Origin: an uncultured Gammaproteobacteria bacterium
GTDB taxonomy: Bacteria; Pseudomonadota; Gammaproteobacteria; Xanthomonadales; SZUA-38
Direction: 5' to 3'
DNA: 45,259 nt
Assembly: GCA_964630895.1 (NCBI GenBank)
Contig: CAZVYE010000006.1
Span: 1 to 45,259, forward strand
The position numbers and the translations under genes are program-made. The notes below the pieces were generated by a model that worked only from the letters and a program-made list of their open reading frames with translations, did not search any database and was not told the DNA's origin. Positions 39,685 through 45,259 of the stretch are shown here, piece after piece (within the stretch, counting starts at the first letter, position 1; each line of letters starts with the position of its first letter).

Positions 39685-39830
39685 CCGGCTTCCTGCCGGA
39701 GTGACGAGGTGGCATCCTGCCACCTCCCCACGTTCGCGGACCCCTTGTCCACGTCGCGCTTCCTTGCGCTATTGATCCAAACCGTTCTTCCTTGAACCTG
39801 GCTTGATCCGGCCGCTCATCCTTAAGCGAC
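39685..39830 (-). ncRNA. Putative CsrA/RsmA-sequestering RNA (CsrB/RsmY/RsmZ-like) forming the 5' leader of comEA
   Basis: Minus-strand hairpins GTCGCTT-AAGGAT-GAGCGGC, GTTC-AAGGAA-GAAC, GCGC-AAGGAA-GCGC, GTGGAC-AAGGG-GTCCGC, GAGGTGGC-AGGAT-GCCACCTC and CCGGC-AGGAA-GCCGG, plus unpaired GGA in two linkers. Confidence 0.8.
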
Positions 39831-39837
39831 GGAGGAA

Positions 39838-39904
39838 ATCATACGGGCGTTTGAAAGGTTAAAGTATTGTTAATGTCCTAATAGCGTGTAGGAAATATCC
39901 TATA
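39838..39904 (-). promoter_or_regulatory. Promoter of the Rsm-like RNA: -10 TATGAT plus GacA/UvrY-type upstream palindrome
   Basis: TATGAT on the minus strand at 39843-39838 with no recognisable -35; 18-bp inverted repeat TGTAGG-AAATAT-CCTATA at 39887-39904 (compare TGTAAG-N6-CTTACA), followed by a partial half-site CGTAGGA. Confidence 0.7.
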
Positions 39905-40024
39905 GCTACGTAGGACGTTCAGTTGAACAGTCACGGATTAGCGCTAATGTTCATCCGTCATTTAGGTGCGGCCCGAGAATGTGGGTATAATCGCCGCCCT
40001 TTGAGACCAATAAGAGAAAGTTCG

Positions 40025-40954
40025 GTGGAATTTGAAAACTACAGTAGCTTCTGGAACAAACAAGCTGCGACCGAAGAAGGTGCGTTTGCTGGCGTAGATG
40101 GCAGTGCCAGTGAAGATATTGTGCGGATGACCGGAGAATGGACCGCCAATCAAGTACGTCAGGCGTTGCAGTTGGATGGGAGCCAAAGCGTCGTTGAACT
40201 CGGATGCGGTGTTGGCCGGATTGGTCGCGAGCTCATGCATGATTGCGCCAAATGGACTGGCACTGACATCTCAGGCGCGATGCTCAAGGTTGCCAAGGAG
40301 CGGCTGCAGGACTTCTCTCACACTGAGTTTGTTGAATTAGAGCGCACCAGCCTGGACATGCTGCAAGATGCTTCCCTGGATCGGGCCTACTCGGTGGCCG
40401 TGCTTTGTCATATGGATAAGGAGGATTTGTATCTTTATCTGCAAGAGCTACATCGCATCCTTAAAGATGGCGGCATGGCGTATATCGAAACCTGGAATCT
40501 CTCCCACCCCATGGGTTGGAAGCGCTGGGAATTCGAAGTAGCCAACTGGGCAAGATCGGATCACTCCAAGCGTAAGGACGTAGCCAGAAATCAGTTCTGT
40601 GCGCCGGATGAGCTCAGACTCTACCTCGAACATGCCGGTTTTGACGTTATTTCTTTATATGATGATTCCGCATGGAATCAAGCGACGGTTGCCAAGGGTT
40701 TGTCACCAGAAGAATTGGCATCTCAGCAAGAACGCATGGCCAGGCTTCGTCCAGAGCTTGAGCATTCCCAATTGTGGTCGACGCTCTTTGGCGAACTGCT
40801 GGATGTCATTTATGGCGTGGTTCCTCCGCAAACCATGCTGGAAGCCCTGGAGCAACGTGAGCCGTCCATCGAAGTCGATGTCTATCGCAAATACCTACTA
40901 GCGCTGTGGCGCCAGGGCGAAGCCCACTGGGGCCCGGCTCCGACGAAATCCTAA
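40025..40954 (+). CDS. Class I SAM-dependent methyltransferase
   Basis: VVELGCGVGRIG, GTDIS..ML, D.SLD..YS.AVL.H, E.HRILK.GG; likely GTG start at 40025 with TATAAT at 39986-39991. Confidence 0.88.
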   Translation: MEFENYSSFWNKQAATEEGAFAGVDGSASEDIVRMTGEWTANQVRQALQLDGSQSVVELGCGVGRIGRELMHDCAKWTGTDISGAMLKVAKERLQDFSHTEFVELERTSLDMLQDASLDRAYSVAVLCHMDKEDLYLYLQELHRILKDGGMAYIETWNLSHPMGWKRWEFEVANWARSDHSKRKDVARNQFCAPDELRLYLEHAGFDVISLYDDSAWNQATVAKGLSPEELASQQERMARLRPELEHSQLWSTLFGELLDVIYGVVPPQTMLEALEQREPSIEVDVYRKYLLALWRQGEAHWGPAPTKS

Positions 40955-42129
40955 GATTCGTCTTTAGGTGAGTACAGCATGCCGGGCCAGGATTGTGGCC
41001 CGGTTACAACAAAGTCCCGGGTAACCGTATCAAATAATCGTAGACCTTCAGGGTCCATTGCGTGGGCAGTCACGAAATAGTCCCCGGGTGCCAGTGGCAG
41101 GTGCTGCAGATGCAGGTCGAAGTGGTAGCGCTGTGCCGCTACTTTTCTCGGTGTTACGTTGTCCATTTCCGAAGTAACGCCAAATACCGCGTTTGAATGC
41201 GCATCTTTGATTCCCAACGCAATAACAGGTGGGCGATCATCAGGTGAGAAGACGGCGACTGAAATCTTCAAGTCTGCGCCGGTTGCTATGGTTATTTCGC
41301 TGTTTTCGGGCAGTCCGTTGAGCTGGACGCTTTCTGTTCTATAGGCCGTTCCATCAAACTGCGCGGGGGTGTGGCGGTTCGTCTGATTCTTTTTCTCGTG
41401 ATAAGCCAAATAGCGGTCTACCACTGTCTGGCTTTCGCCCTGCTCGACAATCTTCCCTTCTTGTAGCCAATAAGCGCGCTGACATAGTCGCGTGACTTGG
41501 TCCATGCTGTGGGAAACCAGCAGCAACGTCCCGCCCTGGTCAATATACTGATCAATCCAGCGCAAACATTTGCGTTGAAAGGCCTCATCGCCAACGGCCA
41601 AAACTTCGTCAGTAATTAGGACCTCTGGTTTGGCTACTGTCAGGGCTGCAAAGCCAAGTCGCATGACCATCCCAGAAGAATAATGCTTAATGGGCTTGTC
41701 CAGGGCGTGATCGATATCTGCAAACTTATAAACGGCGGGCAGGGCTTGCGCGATTTGACGAGGACTAAATCCCTGCAGGGCCAAGTTAAATTTGACGTTC
41801 TCGCGACCAGAGTAGTCAGGATGGAATCCCGCGCCCAGTTCCAGCAACGCCCCAACTCTTGCCCGCAGCTTGAGTTTCCCATAGGTGGGGTTTAGGACCC
41901 CTGCGAGGATTTTTAGCAGCGTTGATTTTCCTGCGCCATTCTCGCCAATCAATCCGACTGATTCGCCTCGCCTGATTTCCAGGCTAATATCTGCTAGCGC
42001 GGTTTTGCCATCTGCTGTGCTTTTGCCCCTAAGTGATTGCGCCAAGCCAACCCATCGCTGCGATGAGCGCTGAGTGTCAGGGAACACTTTTGTGACGTCT
42101 TGCAGTTGGACCAGTGGGGAGTCTGGCAT
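40951..42129 (-). CDS. wzt: Polysaccharide ABC exporter ATP-binding subunit (Wzt) with C-terminal carbohydrate-binding domain
   Basis: GENGAGKSTLLK, ALLELGAGFHP..SGREN, YSSGM.MRLGFA, DEVLAVGD.AFQ.KC, VSHS; C-terminal beta domain with L.PG.Y. Confidence 0.9.
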   Translation of the reverse strand: MPDSPLVQLQDVTKVFPDTQRSSQRWVGLAQSLRGKSTADGKTALADISLEIRRGESVGLIGENGAGKSTLLKILAGVLNPTYGKLKLRARVGALLELGAGFHPDYSGRENVKFNLALQGFSPRQIAQALPAVYKFADIDHALDKPIKHYSSGMVMRLGFAALTVAKPEVLITDEVLAVGDEAFQRKCLRWIDQYIDQGGTLLLVSHSMDQVTRLCQRAYWLQEGKIVEQGESQTVVDRYLAYHEKKNQTNRHTPAQFDGTAYRTESVQLNGLPENSEITIATGADLKISVAVFSPDDRPPVIALGIKDAHSNAVFGVTSEMDNVTPRKVAAQRYHFDLHLQHLPLAPGDYFVTAHAMDPEGLRLFDTVTRDFVVTGPQSWPGMLYSPKDES

Positions 42130-42156
42130 TGCTAGAGTATGAACCAGTAGCGTGTC

Positions 42157-42178
42157 GGGCTGGCGATTATGCCAGCCC
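42157..42178. other. Stem-loop between the EF-G paralog and wzt (no U-tract)
   Basis: GGGCTGGC-gattat-GCCAGCCC. Confidence 0.5.
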
Positions 42179-42198
42179 TCTATGCAAATACCAGTAAA

Positions 42199-44244
42199 TC
42201 AGGCTTCTTCTTCTTTTGGTTTCCAGGCCGCCTGCAGATCCTTTTGCACATTTCCGGGAACCGGATCGTAGTGGCTAAATTCCATCGCATAACGGCCTTG
42301 CCCACCGGTAACCGACTTCAGTTCTGTCTGATAATCCGATAGCTCGGACAGCGGTGCCGCTGCTTTGATCTCCAGCAGTCCACCTTTGAGTGAGTCCGTT
42401 CCGTTGATACGTGCGCGTTTGCTGGCCAGGCTGCCGGTGACATCGCCCATAAACTGATCTGGCACGATAATGCTGAGATCTACAACCGGTTCAAGAATTT
42501 GAGCTTTAGCATTAGAGATTGCGTCGAGAAAAGCTTTTTTGCCCGCCATCACAAAGGCAACTTCCTTAGAGTCGACTGGATGATGCTTGCCGTCGTATAC
42601 GGTTACCGCAACGTCCTGCATCTTGTAGCCAGCCACCGCTCCCTCTTCAAGAACCTGGCGCACGCCTTTTTCAACTGCGGGTATCAGGCCGGTAGGAATG
42701 GCACCTCCAACGACTTTGTTATGAAACTCAAATCCCGTGCCTCTGGGCAACGGTGCGATGCGCAGGAACACTTCACCGAACTGGCCCGCTCCGCCGGTTT
42801 GCTTCTTATGGCGATAGTGACCTTCGGCTGCACTGGTTACAGTTTCGCGATAGGGGATTCGGGGTGGACGGGTATCTACCTCCACATTAAAGCGCTTTTC
42901 CATGCGCTCCAGCATGATCCGGAGATGCAGGTCACCCAGACCGCGAATTACGGTTTCGTTTAGTTCGGCAGAATGCTCAACTTCAAAGCAGGCGTCCTCT
43001 TCGGTGAGCTTATGCAGCGCGGTAGAAAGTCTTTGCTCGTGTCCCCGACTCTTCGGTTCGATGGCTAATCCAAACATGGGCTGGGGTAAGTCTAGCGGTG
43101 CCAGATGGTAGTGATCCTCGTCATGGGAATCATGCAGTACCGCGTCGTACTCGATATCTTCTACCTTGGCTACCGCGCAAATATCGCCTGGCAGGCCGCG
43201 ATCCACCTCTATGTGATCTTTGCCCTGCAGCCGAAACAGATGGTTTACCTTAAATGGCTTGCGGCCATCGCCAATGAAAAGTTCTGTGTCCTTGTTAACC
43301 GTACCTTGATACACCCGGAACACGCTGAGTTTTCCAACAAAAGGGTCATTAGTGATCTTAAATACGTGGGCCAATACGTGCGCGTCAGGGTCCGGTTCTG
43401 ACTGTACCGGTTGTGCCTGGCTGCCTTCCCCTTTCAAAAACGGTGGTGGATTACCTTCGGATGGATTGGGCATCAATTTATGTACCAACTTGAGGAACTC
43501 TGGTACGCCCACATTGGTACGCGCAGACACAAAACAGATCGGTACCAGGTGCCCTCGTCGCAGGGCCTTTTCAAACGCGTCATGCAGCTGCTGCGGCTCC
43601 AGCTTGCCCTGTTCCAGGTATTGTTCCATCAGGGCTTCGTCCATTTCCACGACCTGATCGGTAATTTCCGTGTGGGCTGCCTGTACCGAGAAGATGTCGG
43701 AATCTCCGTCTGGATTAAAAAATACGTCGACCACTTCGGTGCCATTGTTTGCTGGCAAATTTATCGGCAAGCACTCGTCGCCGAACGTCTCGCGTATTTC
43801 TCGCACTAAACCTTCTAGGTCAATTTCTTCTGCGTCAATTTTATTGATGACGATCAGGCGGCAGAGGTCTCTTTGTCTGGCGCGTTCCATCATTCGGTGG
43901 GTGTTGAGTTCGATACCCGCCTGGGCGTTGATAACGATGGCGGCAGTTTCAACGGCGCCCATGGCGGTCATGGTGGGGCCGCGGAAATCGGGATATCCAG
44001 GGCAATCAATCATGTTGACGCGGATGCCCTCATAATCCAAATGGCACACTGCAGAATCTAGTGAGTGTTGGTGTTCCTTTTCCATCGGATCGAAATCGGC
44101 GACGGTACTGCCGCGCTCCACCGTACCAGTCGTGTTAATCATATTGCTCTGGGCCAATAGCGATTCCAGCAAGGTGGTTTTGCCGGAGCCACTGTGGCCC
44201 ACTAGGGCCAGGTTGCGAATGTCGTCAGCGGTTTTTCTACTCAT
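42199..44244 (-). CDS. Elongation factor G paralog (EF-G2-like), outside the str operon
   Basis: GHSGSGKTT, DCPGYPDF, NKID, GLGDLHL, PYRET, KKQTGGAGQFG, HPVDS.E.AF; switch I reads EKEHQHSL instead of E.ERGITI. Confidence 0.92.
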   Translation of the reverse strand: MSRKTADDIRNLALVGHSGSGKTTLLESLLAQSNMINTTGTVERGSTVADFDPMEKEHQHSLDSAVCHLDYEGIRVNMIDCPGYPDFRGPTMTAMGAVETAAIVINAQAGIELNTHRMMERARQRDLCRLIVINKIDAEEIDLEGLVREIRETFGDECLPINLPANNGTEVVDVFFNPDGDSDIFSVQAAHTEITDQVVEMDEALMEQYLEQGKLEPQQLHDAFEKALRRGHLVPICFVSARTNVGVPEFLKLVHKLMPNPSEGNPPPFLKGEGSQAQPVQSEPDPDAHVLAHVFKITNDPFVGKLSVFRVYQGTVNKDTELFIGDGRKPFKVNHLFRLQGKDHIEVDRGLPGDICAVAKVEDIEYDAVLHDSHDEDHYHLAPLDLPQPMFGLAIEPKSRGHEQRLSTALHKLTEEDACFEVEHSAELNETVIRGLGDLHLRIMLERMEKRFNVEVDTRPPRIPYRETVTSAAEGHYRHKKQTGGAGQFGEVFLRIAPLPRGTGFEFHNKVVGGAIPTGLIPAVEKGVRQVLEEGAVAGYKMQDVAVTVYDGKHHPVDSKEVAFVMAGKKAFLDAISNAKAQILEPVVDLSIIVPDQFMGDVTGSLASKRARINGTDSLKGGLLEIKAAAPLSELSDYQTELKSVTGGQGRYAMEFSHYDPVPGNVQKDLQAAWKPKEEEA

Positions 44245-44492
44245 TGGATCCCCTCCAAATGGATGTGAGACTGCACATTGCCATCTGCCTAGGTCCTGAC
44301 AGGAACATATTTGGGGTGGACAATGCTACAGACCGGAAAGATACTCGGAGAATTCCGAAAATATGATGACGCCGAGAATGGGCGATACGTTTCACTGATG
44401 ATAAATCCCTCTGCCGCTAATCTCCCAGCAAATGGGTTCAAGGTCAAGCCATCCCAGGACTTGCATCCCAATCTGAGGAGCTTTTACCAATA

Positions 44493-45188
44493 ATGCGGGC
44501 TATTTTTGTGCACGGAGCAGGCGGTGGAGGCTGGCAATGGCAGATTTGGGCGCGAGTCTTAGCTACCCACGGCCTGACTCCAGTTTTGTTGACTCTTAAG
44601 CAACGCAAAGATGTCGGGTCAACACGACTCGCTGATTACCGCGACCAGCTTCAAGCGCTAATCGTTGGGGCGTATTCCAATTGCGTGGTGATTGGCGCCT
44701 CAATGGGCGGTGCATTAGCGCTGGACGTTCCGGGTGGAGACCAACTGGCGGCGCGAATTGCGATAAATCCGCCCCTGGATACGAACATTCTGTCGCAGAA
44801 ATATTCGCAGAAGTCGGGCATAAAGCCGTGGTCCAAGGGGCTAACCCGTAGCACCTGGCAATCCCTGCAGTCTGATTTTTTCAGCAGGCAGTATGCCCAC
44901 GCTCGGTGGCGCGATGAATCAAATGCAGTGTTATATGATTTAGCTCACTGGCAGCTAGATTCTCGACCCGACCAACCAAGCCTTATATTGCACGGAGCCA
45001 ATGATTCGGGCTGCCCCATGAACGCCGTACAGGATCTGCAAATGCGTTTCTTTTGTGATGCGTTGCTAGTGCCCGAGGCTGGTCACCTGGAGCCAGTCTT
45101 AGGTGCGCAGGCGTTGGTCTGTGCACGACGCGTGGCAGGTTGGATTGACGCCCGGATAAGCGCGCGGGTAGGCGCATCGATCAGTTAA
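44493..45188 (+). CDS. Alpha/beta fold hydrolase
   Basis: FVHGAGGG oxyanion loop, GASMGG nucleophile elbow, HGAND acid, AGHL histidine. Confidence 0.85.
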   Translation: MRAIFVHGAGGGGWQWQIWARVLATHGLTPVLLTLKQRKDVGSTRLADYRDQLQALIVGAYSNCVVIGASMGGALALDVPGGDQLAARIAINPPLDTNILSQKYSQKSGIKPWSKGLTRSTWQSLQSDFFSRQYAHARWRDESNAVLYDLAHWQLDSRPDQPSLILHGANDSGCPMNAVQDLQMRFFCDALLVPEAGHLEPVLGAQALVCARRVAGWIDARISARVGASIS

Positions 45189-45259
45189 GTAGAAGTGTTG
45201 ATCGGTATGTGCCAAACAGTTTGAGTTCAGGAGTGATTCAGCTACCAAGGCATAGTCTT

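Noticed and set aside
39566-39775. ORF 39566..39775 and the 21-codon 5' extension of comEA to 39715
   Set aside because: The strong Shine-Dalgarno and signal peptide place the comEA start at 39652; the upstream sequence is better explained as structured RNA.
39685-39830. Repeated hairpins read as a CRISPR array or REP cluster
   Set aside because: Only the loops are conserved and the stems differ; there are no identical repeats with regular spacers and no cas or transposase genes.
44264-44277. TGTGA-gact-GCACA upstream of the EF-G paralog as a CRP site
   Set aside because: The spacer is 4 nt instead of the required 6.

Overview
Chromosomal window from a Gammaproteobacterium. The gene order resembles Xanthomonadales/Lysobacterales (hprK and a PTS set inside the rpoN operon, bolA-murA beside DUF3108-purN-purM, Rrf2-led suf operon); this placement is inferred from gene order only. 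Most of the window is conserved core: ptsI (partial), ptsH-EIIA-rapZ-hprK-ptsN-hpf-rpoN-lptBAC-kdsCD-yrbG, bolA-murA, purMN, DUF2066-CDP-alcohol transferase-AI-2E-hda, amgK-murU, miaE, Rrf2-sufBCDSU-Rieske ferredoxin, comEA, wzt, an EF-G paralog and an alpha/beta hydrolase. I saw no tRNA, rRNA, CRISPR array or transposase. Main unexplained signals: (1) a ~150-nt non-coding array of A(N)GGA-loop hairpins, resembling a CsrA/RsmA sponge, behind a GacA/UvrY-type 18-bp palindrome, that runs with no obvious terminator into comEA, whose own terminator loop also carries ATGGA; (2) a ~4.8-kb opposite-strand block between ptsH and ptsI with MarC, a tyrosine-decarboxylase-type PLP enzyme behind a well-positioned FNR box, and a secreted amidohydrolase; (3) a SufU lacking two of its three conserved cysteines; (4) miaE tightly coupled to an uncharacterised GT-A glycosyltransferase; (5) a secreted orphan protein ending in an LFxxSFE-type tail, and a stand-alone cohesin-like protein behind a Sel1/prolyl-hydroxylase gene.
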